Shown here: piece after piece, positions 40,623 to 51,484 of the stretch | Layout: every line of letters begins with the position of its first letter | Numbering within the stretch: position 1 is the first letter of the stretch | DNA from: Spirochaetia bacterium | GTDB taxonomy: Bacteria; Spirochaetota; Spirochaetia; UBA9216 | Length of the DNA stretch: 64,000 nt | Assembly (NCBI GenBank): GCA_965140585.1 | Contig: OZ223268.1 | Span: 133,221 to 197,220 of the forward strand | Direction: 5' to 3' | Translations under genes and position numbers: made by a program | Notes under the pieces: model-generated | What the model was told of the DNA's origin: nothing | Databases searched by the model: none | What the model saw: the letters and a program-made list of their open reading frames with translations, nothing else

Positions 40623-41243
40623 ATGAAAGAATATTTACAGGAAACTGAGTTATTAAATTTTACTAATCCATCAATATCTGAACTTTCAGAAAAGATGGGA
40701 TGGAAAGATATGTCCGAGTCAGAAAAAATAAGAAGTATCTATAATTACGTACGTGATGATAAAAAATTTGGCTATAACATAGATGATAAAATTCCGTGCA
40801 GATTTCACGGCTTTACTATTGATAAAGCGCTGCAGAAAGGAGCTATTACCGGGATATGGTACCAGCTTAGTCCAAGGGCCATTGTTCACAGCTGGGTCGA
40901 AATTTATCACGATGGTGTCTGGTATGATATTGAAGGATTCATTATTGACAGTGATTATTTACGGACAATTCAGATACTGAACCCAGATTCTAAAAATTTC
41001 TGCGGATACGGGATCGCCACAAAAGACCTGATGAATCCTGAGGTTTCATGGGACAGAAACAATACCTACATTCAGAAAGAGGGGATCAATAATGATTTGG
41101 GAATTTACAACGATCCTGATTCATTTTTTGTGGGACACAGCCAGAAACTTGGACACCTGAAGCGAACTGTATACAAATATATCACAAGGCATATAATGAA
41201 CAGAAATGTAAAAAGAATCAGAACTTTTCAAATCAAAGAATAA
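40623..41243 (+). pseudogene. Transglutaminase-like protein lacking the catalytic Cys segment
   Basis: YVRD..FGYN...IP|CRFHGFTIDK...HSWVE..EG; the usual ASEVL..GYGQCNTK...LLR..G block between two IP dipeptides is missing at about 40795. Confidence 0.7.
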
Positions 41244-41321
41244 AGTTTACAAAAAAGGTTCATTAAATTTTTTGTTTTAATTATAGTTAATCCAGTTTCA
41301 ACAAGTTTGAGGAGGTTAAAT

Positions 41322-41810
41322 ATGGAAGCAAAAAAAATCAGTGACAGTGCGCTAACAATGATTCAGCTCATGGAAAGGGCTGATGCGAATCTGGCTGGCA
41401 ACGTTCACGGAGGCGTCATTATGAAACTTGTGGATAATGCCGCCGGCATAGTGTGCGCAAGACACAGCGGACGAAACGCGGTTACCGCCTCAATTGACAG
41501 GCTTGATTTTCATTCCCCGGTTTTTATCGGGAATCTTATAAGAATACATGCAAGTATCAACTACGTTGGAAAGACCTCAATGGAGGTTGGTGTGAGAGTA
41601 GAAGCGGAAGATGTAATAACCAGCGAAGTCAGACACACAGGTTCAGCATACCTGACATATGTATCACTTGATGATAAGCTCAGGCCGGTTGAACTTCCGC
41701 CCCTGATTGTCGAGACTGAGGCGGAAAAACGAAGACACGCCGCAGCCATCGAACGAAAAGCCAGCAGGATGAAAGAAAGAAAAGCGGAGAAAGAATCCGG
41801 AGATATTTAA
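41322..41810 (+). CDS. Acyl-CoA thioesterase (hotdog fold, YciA-like)
   Basis: DANLAGNVHGG..MKLVD, VTASID, GKTSMEVGV; GGAGG SD. Confidence 0.92.
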   Translation: MEAKKISDSALTMIQLMERADANLAGNVHGGVIMKLVDNAAGIVCARHSGRNAVTASIDRLDFHSPVFIGNLIRIHASINYVGKTSMEVGVRVEAEDVITSEVRHTGSAYLTYVSLDDKLRPVELPPLIVETEAEKRRHAAAIERKASRMKERKAEKESGDI

Positions 41811-41814
41811 ATTG

Positions 41815-41851
41815 AAGGGAAGCGATTACAAATAATCAGCTTCCCTTTTTT
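41815..41851 (+). terminator. Intrinsic terminator
   Basis: AAGGGAAGC...GCTTCCCTT stem plus T-run between convergent genes. Confidence 0.75.
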
Positions 41852-42482
41852 ATACATGGCTAAGCAGATCGCTGATTGAGCTTAAAATAAAATCAGCCTT
41901 TCCGTAATTTACGGAATCGCCGATTGAGGCAGATGAAAATCCCCCTGCAATTGCTGCATCAATTCCGGCATAGGCATCCTCAACAACAAGACAGTCAGAG
42001 GGCTGAAGCCCCAGAAACCCAGCCGCTTTAAGAAAAACCTCAGGGTCGGGTTTGCTGTTCGTTATATTGGTTCCATCGGAGATCGCATCAAATAGTCCGG
42101 TTATTCCGGTTTTCTCCAGGATAAGTCTGGCATTACGGCTTGAGCTTCCAATAGCCGTTTTTATTCCCCGGTTTTTGAGTTCATGTAAAGTATCGACGAC
42201 CCCCTTATCGAGGGAGTCGGGAGACATCTCATTCAATGATTCCTTGTATATTTCATTTTTTTCTGTTGTGTATTGGAGCTTTTCATTCTCATCCATACTC
42301 CGGCTGTTATGTTCAAGAATAATCTCAAAGCTCTCCATTCTTGACACACCTCTCAGCCGGTTATTGATCTGTTCATCAAACTCAAATCCCAGGCGGTCTG
42401 CCACAACTTTCCAGGCTTTATAATGGTAGTTATCGGTATGAACAAGAACTCCGTCGAGATCGAATATAATTCCTTTTATCAT
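41850..42482 (-). CDS. pgmB: Beta-phosphoglucomutase
   Basis: FDLDGV..T...HY.AW, LRGVSRMES, SSSRNA, SKPDPEVF, VEDA. Confidence 0.9.
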   Translation of the reverse strand: MIKGIIFDLDGVLVHTDNYHYKAWKVVADRLGFEFDEQINNRLRGVSRMESFEIILEHNSRSMDENEKLQYTTEKNEIYKESLNEMSPDSLDKGVVDTLHELKNRGIKTAIGSSSRNARLILEKTGITGLFDAISDGTNITNSKPDPEVFLKAAGFLGLQPSDCLVVEDAYAGIDAAIAGGFSSASIGDSVNYGKADFILSSISDLLSHV

Positions 42483-42492
42483 CGCATTCTCC

Positions 42493-43983
42493 TTATAATC
42501 TTGTATCCCATTTTCCGCAGAACGGGTCTACAGGACTGATACCTTTAAAAACAGATCTGCCCATAAGCTTATCCATCAGCTTCTTTAGTGTAACATCATT
42601 GGAGCTATAGGTGTTGATATAGGTTTTAACACGGGGAACATCAAGCAGATGATAGGGATTCTCAAGCGATATAAACACTGTTGGTACCGAAGTCAAATAT
42701 ATCGGGACATTGGCCCCCATCGGCATAGCCCACTCAATTCTGACAACTGTCTGATTGCTTTTGGTATCAAGGCTTGCGAGGTAGAGAATTAGATCATAAT
42801 TATCGGTAATCTCTGATGAAGCCTGCATTAGTCCTTCCATACCCTTTGAAGGATCAAATCGGTCAACCTTAAAACCTTCGGCTTCAAGCATTTCAATGAA
42901 TGTCCGGTAGACAGGCTTTTTTTCGCCGTGAAAGAATCCGCCTTCATCCTGAATATCATAGAGAAGAACTCTATTATGCTTTTGGGGAGACAGGGGCAGA
43001 GTATCCTCGAGGTTTTTAACGAGTGTTATAGAATCATCCGCACATTCTTCAGCCCATCGTTGATATTTTTCTGAACCTAATGCCGAAGTTATATTGTCAA
43101 GAACAGGGATATCTTTTCCGCTTAAATGCTTTTTATGAAGTTTTTATGCAGCCTTCAACGCAAGTATTCTGGTCACCGCCTCATCAAGCCGCTCCGCGGT
43201 AATTGTTCCGTCTGCAACACCGGCTTTCATGAATGCGAAATCCTCTTCCATGTTCCTTATAAACAGAAACATATCGCAGCCGGCTGCAATTGCGGCAGGG
43301 ACAGCCTTTGACCTGGGCATAGGAATAGCCATTCAGGCCATTGCGGTAGCATCGGTGATTACAAGCCCGTTAAACCCAAGCTCATTTCGCAGGAGTCCTT
43401 CTATCAGTTCCGGAGACAGAGTTGCAGGGAGGATCTCTTCATCCTTCAGTTCAGGATTGAGTTTCCGGCTCCAGGAAGGAAGCATAATATGGCCGGCCAT
43501 CACCGTCAGCACTCCCGCAACAATACAGTCCCGGAATATCTTTCCGTATGTTTTGTCCCACTCTACACAGCTTAAGTCGTTAACAGTGGAAACCAGATGC
43601 TGATCCCTTTCATCAACTCCGTCGCCGGGAAAGTGTTTGCCGGTAGCAGCGGTCTGCATGGGAGAACCGAGAGATGTTCCTCCGTTTACAAGTCCGTTAC
43701 CGCCCCGCTCCAGGTTTGCTGAAATGAGCATTGGAATATCAGTGTTCTTCTGCAGGGTGCCGATAGTTTTAACAAGCTCCTCAGGGTCCATTGCACGGCA
43801 CATCAATCCACCGGGTTTAATATCCCCGGCCATGTGCATCAGGAATCCTTCATCCGGGGCATAGGCAATAAGGCAGAAAAGCTGTGCAATCTTTTCATCT
43901 TCAGAGAGGGAAGCAAGGACCGAGTTTACCCAATTAATATCATCATCACAAAGGTTGAATGGTTTTGCTTTAAGATCTATCAT
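42493..43983 (-). pseudogene. Glycoside hydrolase family 3, interrupted
   Basis: One frame with in-frame TGA (43333) and TAA (43144); MIDLKAKPF, KHFPGDGVDERDQH, GFNGLVITDAT, GISPVDPFC; internal deletion at AATG|KHFPG. Confidence 0.85.
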
Positions 43984-44005
43984 ATAGAGTTTCTCCTGTT
44001 ATATT

Positions 44006-45970
44006 CTATTTTCCGGCAAAGGCTGTATTCATAATTTCAACAACCTTATCTGCATCCGGCATCATCTGCAGGGCACTTCGCAGCGTCACAAGCTTTTTGG
44101 TAAAAATAACCGCCTTAAGAAATCCCGGCGCGTCTAGTTCATCAAGAGTTTTCATGAGGATTCCGAATGCCCGGGGATCTGCATGAATTTCACCGTTGAT
44201 ATCGTCGACAGTATATGGTCCCCTTAAATCAGGATATGTATAATTACAGTCCCAGGACCAGAAACCTGAGCCGGTGTTTCTCGGCGCCTGTGTTCCGGGA
44301 AGTATTATTTCTGCCGTGCAGTTTACAGGAATTTCAGCATCAAGATAAAACTTCCCGCCTTCTATCTTCCATGAAACGTTTATCTTTCCATAAGGGCAGA
44401 TGTGAGTTGCACTGCAATGCTCTATTCCGCCGCCCGGTCTGGGGGCTATACTAATAAGACTGTAGCCGGGTTCTGCGGATTAAATTCCGCCTATAGTCCG
44501 GTGCAGCCAGTCGCCGAACTGGAAGCCTCTGTTCCATAGAAAGTTATCGCCTGCCGAATCTGAAATAAAATCAACCCAGGCCTTCATGCTTTCATACTGG
44601 ACTGCCGGAATTCCGCTGTCACCAAAGCGATTGTATAAGACCCAGGGCACTACAGTGGCTGCATCTCCCCATGCGGCAGCACCGAAGGCTTCTCCAAAAG
44701 CATTGGGAATAACAGGAGGAACAGCACCCCCTATTTTTGTCTGCTCAAAAGAAAGGTCTCGAAGCCATGACTGAAGAAATGAAGTGACATCATAAAGGTA
44801 GGATGCTGTCGGTGAAAAAACCTGCAGATCTCCTGTCCACCCGAGCCGCTCATCACGCTGCGGACAGTCGGTCGGAATGGAAAGAAAGTTGCCCTTTAGC
44901 CCCCAGCGGATATTTTCATGCAGGCGGTTTAGAAGTTCATCCGAGGTTTCAAACCAGCCGGGCCTTTCCAAATCGGAATGTATTACCCTTGCCTCAAAAA
45001 ACTCAGGCTTAAGCTCGCCCGTCCATCCCGAGACTTCGGCATATCTGAAACCATGAAAGGTGAAGGCAGGTTCAAAAACTTCCTCAACTTTGCCTTTTAA
45101 AATATAGCGGTCTGTAGCTTCAGCCATCCTGAGCGGCCGGACTCCAAGCTCTCCGTTTTCAAGAACTTCAGCATGACGGATAACAAGCTCCTGCCCCGCT
45201 TTGCCGGAACCCCTTATACGAAGGCTTCCCACAAGGTTCTGGCCGAAGTCAAGAATTGTTTTCCCGAAGGACTGGTTATAACTTCTTTTACTTTAAGCGT
45301 TTCAATTTCCCTGACCGGCGGACTCAGCATCGGCATAAGAATGGATACCGGCGTATCAAGGAGCCCGACATTCCGCCATATGCTGTCATCAAAGCCGGGG
45401 CTGGTCCATCCTGCAGTTTCCTGCCGGCCGTCCGCATAGCTGAGCTCAAGCTGAGAAATAAAACCTAACCTGTTTCCCCAGATATCACGTTTACCGCCTT
45501 CAAAGCCTATACGCCCCTTGTACCAGCCTTCGGCAAGAACTGCACTTATCGCGTTTTTACCCTCTTTAATAAGAGATGTAACATCATAGGTCTGGTAATT
45601 GAGGACGCTGTCATAGGAGGTCCATCCGGGTGTAAAAAGCTGATCACCGGCCTTCACACCATTGATACAGCACTCATAGAGTCCAAGCGCACTTGAATAC
45701 AGACGGGCCTTTACCAGACCGGGGCCAGCTGTAAATTCTTTTCGAAGACAGGGTGACGGTGCTGTGATGCCCTCAGCTTCTTCCCGGCATGGACTGATGA
45801 AGATAGCACTCCAATCCGATTCATCCAGCAGTCCCGCCTCAATATGCAGAGGCTCACTCCACGGGGAGGCATCATCCGAACTGCTGCCCCAGACTCTTAC
45901 GCTCACGGTTAAAGCCTGCCTCGAAATTAACGGCGGAGACGGCCACCCTGCGTAGATTGATTCATTGCTT
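44006..45970 (-). pseudogene. Alpha-L-rhamnosidase (GH78), fragmented
   Basis: ARLYSSALGLYE, PGWTSY, EPAFTFHGFRY, PTDCPQRDERLGWTGD, AAWGDA, FQFGDWL across frameshifted pieces; N-terminus and much of the catalytic barrel missing. Confidence 0.85.
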
Positions 45971-46606
45971 TCATCCGCGAAGACCCTTAAGAAATAATTC
46001 TGCAATCTGGATGAAGATGTCACGGCTGGGAATGCTGAACTCCTCATCAAGCTTAGGTCCCAGTTCACCTATCCTGTTCATCAATCCCGAGTTCAGATTA
46101 AAAATTGAGGCTATAATCATATCAATGCTGATATCAGCCCTGATACTTCCGTCAGCCTGACCGGATTGGACAGCCTTTCTTAGATTAAGGTCCCCTTCAC
46201 CCAGAGCTCCTCGGATTATTTCCAGAGCCTGCTCACCGGTCCAGTGCTTTGCGTAAAGATAGTTGAACTCTGCAATAAAGGAGGCTTCCCTGATATTGTC
46301 AAACATTCTATCTATATGTTTCATTATGAATTTCTCAACAGTTGCATATCCGGAGTCCCTGCAGCTCCATACTTTTACCCTGTCATCCTCTGCCCATCCG
46401 GATGTTACCGTCTTGAATATTTCAATAGCCATATCTTCCTTACATGAGAAATATTTATACAGAGTAGGCCTGGTAATGTTTGAAGTCTGTGCAATATCAA
46501 TTATAGTCACCGCCTCAATGCCGTTTTTTATAAAAAGATCTTCAGCTGTATTTAATAACTGCTCACGCTGATTTTCCCTATGCCTTGTATACTGACCTTT
46601 TTCCAC
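45971..46606 (-). CDS. TetR family regulator
   Basis: N-terminal HTH TIIDIAQTSNITRPTLYKYF. Confidence 0.88.
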   Translation of the reverse strand: MEKGQYTRHRENQREQLLNTAEDLFIKNGIEAVTIIDIAQTSNITRPTLYKYFSCKEDMAIEIFKTVTSGWAEDDRVKVWSCRDSGYATVEKFIMKHIDRMFDNIREASFIAEFNYLYAKHWTGEQALEIIRGALGEGDLNLRKAVQSGQADGSIRADISIDMIIASIFNLNSGLMNRIGELGPKLDEEFSIPSRDIFIQIAELFLKGLRG

Positions 46607-46772
46607 AATGCTCTCCGTATATTTTATTTTTTCATATATTTACAGTATGTTTAAATTTTTACATATTGTTAATTTTATAATAAAATATATCTTTTCCTAT
46701 GTCAAATTAAGAATTGATTAAATACGCTCAGGTGTCTGGATCAAATCTTCACGTATATATTACTATCTGCGG

Positions 46773-47684
46773 ATGGTTATAATAGAAGTAAACAGTCTGA
46801 ACAAGCGCTACGGAAACATTGAAGCAGTAAATAATATCAGTTTTTCAGTAGAAGAGAATTCATTCTTTGCCCTGCTCGGCCCCAACGGCGCAGGAAAAAG
46901 TACGACAATAAATATTTTATCAAGTCTGCTTGATTTCAATTCCGGTGAAGTTAATATTGGCGGGTATAAACTTGGTGAGGATGATAATGAGATAAGGAAA
47001 ATTATTGGTGTTGTCTTCCAGGGGTCGATGCTTGATAATCTTCTTACAGTTAAGGAAAACCTTCATGTACGGGCAGCTTTTTACGGTATCAGTTCACACG
47101 AGACCGATAAGCGTGTTGAACAGATAAATGAACTTCTTGAAATAAAACCCTTCTATACTATGAAATATGGAAACCTTTCCGGAGGACAGAAAAGAAAGGC
47201 TGACATTGCCAGGGCCTTGCTTAACTGGCCGAGGATACTGATTCTGGACGAGCCGACAACCGGGCTTGATCCCAAAAGCAGACGTGATATATGGGAACTG
47301 ATCCACCGGCTCCGTCTTGAAAAGAACATTACTATATTCCTGACAACCCACTACATGCAGGAAGTACAGGATGCTAACAAGGTTGTGATTATAGATAAAG
47401 GTAATATAGTCGCCCAAGGTTCAAGCGATGAACTAAGATCAAAATACTCTCATGACAGATTGAAGGTGGCAATGAACAGCGACCTGGAGAATCTTCTGAA
47501 AATACAAAACAAAAAATATTACCTGATGAATGATACCATCAATATTGTTCTGGAAGATTCCTTTGAAGGGATTAATCTCGTAAATGAATACCGGGAATAT
47601 ATAAGCAGTTTTGAAATCCTGAAAGGAAATATGGATGATGTTTTCCTCAATATTACCGGCAGAGAACTGGAGATCAGGCAATGA
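46773..47684 (+). CDS. ABC transporter ATP-binding protein (DrrA-like exporter)
   Basis: GPNGAGKST, LSGGQ, ILDEPTTGLDP, LTTHY. Confidence 0.93.
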   Translation: MVIIEVNSLNKRYGNIEAVNNISFSVEENSFFALLGPNGAGKSTTINILSSLLDFNSGEVNIGGYKLGEDDNEIRKIIGVVFQGSMLDNLLTVKENLHVRAAFYGISSHETDKRVEQINELLEIKPFYTMKYGNLSGGQKRKADIARALLNWPRILILDEPTTGLDPKSRRDIWELIHRLRLEKNITIFLTTHYMQEVQDANKVVIIDKGNIVAQGSSDELRSKYSHDRLKVAMNSDLENLLKIQNKKYYLMNDTINIVLEDSFEGINLVNEYREYISSFEILKGNMDDVFLNITGRELEIRQ

Positions 47685-48556
47685 GAACATTAGCACAACT
47701 TGTGAAGCGAAATACTTTACTCTATTTAAGAGACAGGGCTTCGGTCTTCTTCTCCTTTCTATCGGTAATTATCATTATTGCCATGTATATTCTCTTTCTG
47801 GGTAAAATGCAGGGAAATGATCTTTCAGATGCATTAGGAACAATTCCGGGAATAAACGCGCTTACCAGCAGCTGGATTATGGCCGGAATACTGACGGTTT
47901 CCACAGTGACTGTACCTCTGGCGTCGCTCGGCACCCTTATCAGAGATCGGGAAAGCGGCAAAATAGCCGATTTTTATACTTCTCCAATCAGCAGACGGAT
48001 ACTGGCGCTCAGCTATCTGCTCAGTTCATGGGTAATTTCTTTCATTATGGTGGCGCTGAATTTCATAATAGGTCAGATATACGTATTATCAAACGGCGGT
48101 GACTTTTTTCCGTTACTGACCCTTTTCAAAATCATCGGGCTGTATACCCTGTCAATAATTTCATTCAGCAGTCTTTTTTTCTACATCAGCCTTTTTATGA
48201 AAAGTCTTAATGCCTTCAGTCTTCTAAGTACTCTTGTAGGCACTTTTGTAGGTTTTCTGGGTGGGATATATATACCGGTTGGAGTTCTCAGTGAAAATAT
48301 TCAGAGGGTTATGAACCTTTTACCTACTGCACATAGTGTTACTCTTATAAGAAAAATCTACATGGAAGGTGCAATAAACAAAGTTTTTGAACATGCACCT
48401 GAGCAGGCCTATACAAGCTATGCACACATGTACGGATTGTCAATTAAAATAGGAGACATGGAACTTTCAAATTCACTGATGCTTCTGAGTCTAGCTCTAT
48501 TCGCCGTGCTTTTCTATCTGTTAAGTGTGCTTAAACTTTCAAGATCAAAACTGTAA
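47681..48556 (+). CDS. ABC-2 type permease
   Basis: Six TM segments, overlaps ATPase stop, GFLGGIYIP. Confidence 0.88.
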   Translation: MRTLAQLVKRNTLLYLRDRASVFFSFLSVIIIIAMYILFLGKMQGNDLSDALGTIPGINALTSSWIMAGILTVSTVTVPLASLGTLIRDRESGKIADFYTSPISRRILALSYLLSSWVISFIMVALNFIIGQIYVLSNGGDFFPLLTLFKIIGLYTLSIISFSSLFFYISLFMKSLNAFSLLSTLVGTFVGFLGGIYIPVGVLSENIQRVMNLLPTAHSVTLIRKIYMEGAINKVFEHAPEQAYTSYAHMYGLSIKIGDMELSNSLMLLSLALFAVLFYLLSVLKLSRSKL

Positions 48557-48604
48557 TCAGGTACGAAATGATGAATTTTTAACTGAATGCGTTCAATAAA
48601 ATAC

Positions 48605-48633
48605 TTGACGGCACAACAGAGCGATATTAGACT
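48605..48633 (+). promoter_or_regulatory. Sigma-70 promoter
   Basis: TTGACG-17 bp-TAGACT upstream of ferritin-like gene. Confidence 0.5.
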
Positions 48634-48672
48634 TTACCAATGTACTCATATTATTCCTTAAGGAGGTTGAAT

Positions 48673-49188
48673 ATGGCAGATTTAAAAGACGCATTAGAAA
48701 AAATTGATATTGCTGAAGCTTTCGGGCTTGCAATCAAAGTTGAAGAAGACGGATATGCCTTTTATGACAAGGCAAGCCAGTTAGCAGAAGATAAGAGAAC
48801 AAAAGAGGATCTGACCTTTCTCCGTGATCAGGAAAAGGGGCATAAGCTTTATTTCGAAAAGCTTTTGAAGGAAACTGGAAAAGATTACAAAGAAGATCCA
48901 GGTTCAGCACTTTATGCATGGGTAAAGAAACAGCTGATTGATCCTGTTCAGAACGCCCTTGAGAAGAATCCTCCTAAAACCAGCGATGAAGCAGTTCAGA
49001 TAGGAATCAGACTTGAAACAAACAGCGTCCAGCTTTACAAAAGCATAAGGAAGGCCACTGATTCAAAAGAGATAAAAAAGGCCATCAAGAAAATTATCAG
49101 AGAAGAACAGAGCCACAGAGAGTTTCTTAAAGCTATACTGAAATATTCCTCATTAAGAGAAATTATCATGGACGGACTTGAATCCTGA
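48673..49188 (+). CDS. Ferritin-like/rubrerythrin-family protein
   Basis: AIKVEEDGYAFY...QEKGH and LETNSVQLY...EEQSH di-iron motifs; AGGAGG SD. Confidence 0.85.
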   Translation: MADLKDALEKIDIAEAFGLAIKVEEDGYAFYDKASQLAEDKRTKEDLTFLRDQEKGHKLYFEKLLKETGKDYKEDPGSALYAWVKKQLIDPVQNALEKNPPKTSDEAVQIGIRLETNSVQLYKSIRKATDSKEIKKAIKKIIREEQSHREFLKAILKYSSLREIIMDGLES

Positions 49189-49213
49189 GCAGGATTTCCT
49201 ATTTTATCTAATA

Positions 49214-49247
49214 AGGAGGCTGACATAAAAGTCAGCTTCTTTTTTTT
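49214..49247 (+). terminator. Intrinsic terminator
   Basis: GGAGGCTGAC/GTCAGCTTCT stem followed by T-run. Confidence 0.8.
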
Positions 49248-50441
49248 ATTCAAATAAATCTTTCTTTTTTACGGTAATTAAATAGCAAATACATGCCAGA
49301 AACGCCACCAGGGCTGACCCGGTGAAGACATTTCCGAGACCGAGAAAATCACCAACAACACCCCAGGCAAGGGAGCCGATACTATTCCGGCATCCATAGC
49401 AAGATAAAAGGTGGCATTGGCAGCAGCCCGTTCTTTTTTTGTAGTCTTAACTACTGCCCCCACATTCAGCAGCAGTGAAGAAAATCCGTAACCAAGCCCG
49501 TAAATCAAAGCGACAGGAATCAGAAAATACACTGATCTCACAAATAAAATTCCCAGAGTTCCGGCAAAAACCGCAAAAAGACCGGCAGCAAGAACTGTAT
49601 ACTCGGAAAACCGTTTTGAGACTTTGCCTGCAAAAAGCCTTGAAAATCCTACACCGGCAGCTCTTACGGTAAAATAAAGGGCAATACTTTCGATTCCCAC
49701 AAGTTTTGCGTAGGGAACAAGAAAAGTTGAAACAGCGGCACTGAGCAAAGCTAAAATTCCCATAAAAAGCGATGCATATGCAGCCTTGGGTTCGATTATC
49801 CTGCTGATAAAGCGGACTGTTTTTTCACCGGGCTCCTTACAGGCATCAAGTGTCTTACAGGCAGATGTCAAAGGACGACTTTCATATCTGATAAATACAG
49901 CAGCTATGACCGCTGCAGCTGCAATTATTCCGACAATTACAAAACCGGGACTGTAACCGGTTTTATCTATCAGCATCAGAGCTGCTGCAGGCCCGGCTGC
50001 CTGAGCAAGTGTTGCAGTCAATCCGTAATATCCCAGCCCTTCAACCAGCCGTTTCTGAGGCACTATATCGGTAACCATAGTGGTGCTTGAAACCGACTGG
50101 AAAGAAAAGCCTACTCCGCACAATGCCTGAAAAATAAAAAGCGCCGGAAGATTATACACAAAACCGAATGGTATAGTTGTTACAGCAAAGAGCAAAGTCC
50201 CGATTGTGAATATTGACTTCCGTCCATATTTATCAATTATCCTTCCTGAAAAAGGACGTAATACTATTGAAGATAGTGTAAAAACCGTCATTGCAGCCCC
50301 GGCTATTGTTTTTGAGGAGAAAAGATCAAGCAGATATAGAGGCTGCAGCGTCATCTTTATAAACATAGCAAGACGAACAAGCAGTCCGATTATAGAAACA
50401 AGATAAAAATCAAGAGTAAAAAGCTTTTCTGTTTTGTTCAT
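49246..50441 (-). CDS. MFS transporter, frameshifted in the last TM pair (about 49381)
   Basis: RPFSGRIIDKYGRK motif A; after DAGI the shifted frame continues IGSLAWGVVGDFLG...KKKDLFE to stop at 49246. Confidence 0.8.
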
Positions 50442-50755
50442 CAAGGCCGCCGTTTCCTGTATTTGCATAATCAGCAGATTTGATTCTGACCTATTCCAAC
50501 TTGGGAAGGTCAAGGATTTTTTTCTTATCAAGATTTTTTTTTACATAATTGTTAATTTTGTAAATTATTTTGATTTTCCTTGAAATAAGCAGTACAGGGA
50601 AGTAATTTATAGTTACGTTTCGTCGAACATAAATTCTTTTTAAATCACGACAGCGAAGCGATTCACAGGTTTTCAATTTTCCTGTCCGGTAAAATAACTT
50701 GAGACTTCCTTATTTGACACAACCTTACCGGGCTGTCGGTTTTATTACATTAAGT

Positions 50756-51358
50756 TCATACAGCATCTAAATTAAGATAACTCTTCATCGAGTGATACAT
50801 AGTTCCGGCAAGAAAATCTGCAAACTGATCTTCAGGCATCGAAGATTCAGATGCCAGCCAGTCGCCAATAACAAAAAGAAATCCGTAGCTATTGAAATCA
50901 ATAAACAGCTGTTGATGTTCAAATCCCTTTCCTTCAGCATTACCAAGTGAATCAACTATCTTCTTCTTTGAATTGATCCGTATGCTGTCAAAAACAAAGC
51001 GGTATTCACCGCTGCAGAAAAGACGGCGATGCAGAGCTTTGTTTTTTAATATTATCCTTAAAAATCCCTTCACAAACCGACTGTAATGTTCAAGTTCAAG
51101 CGGAAGGCAGCTAAAATCCTGGAGTCCTGAGAGATCTTCCATTATTTCCTGCTGCAGTTCTTCCAGGATACTGTACTGCGACTGGTAATGACGATAAAAG
51201 GTCTTACGGTTTATATCAGCCCGCCTGGCTATTTCACTTACAGTGATATCTCTGTATTCCATTTCAAAAATAAGCTCCTTGAAGATGTTTCTGATCTGGC
51301 AATGAGTTTTGATATACCTTTTATCTGTCTTTTCCAACAAAAATCTCCCTTCTACCAC
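50756..51358 (-). CDS. TetR family regulator
   Basis: DKRYIKT...ITVSEIARRADINRKTFYRHY. Confidence 0.88.
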   Translation of the reverse strand: MVEGRFLLEKTDKRYIKTHCQIRNIFKELIFEMEYRDITVSEIARRADINRKTFYRHYQSQYSILEELQQEIMEDLSGLQDFSCLPLELEHYSRFVKGFLRIILKNKALHRRLFCSGEYRFVFDSIRINSKKKIVDSLGNAEGKGFEHQQLFIDFNSYGFLFVIGDWLASESSMPEDQFADFLAGTMYHSMKSYLNLDAV

Positions 51359-51484
51359 AGTTTTGTAAAATTTGTGGCATAAACCACTTTAATTGAAACA
51401 TCGCCCCTTGTTTTATCATAGATCGGGATTATCATATTATAAAGTATTTAAGCAACACCTGTGGCTGATATAAAGGAGATACTT

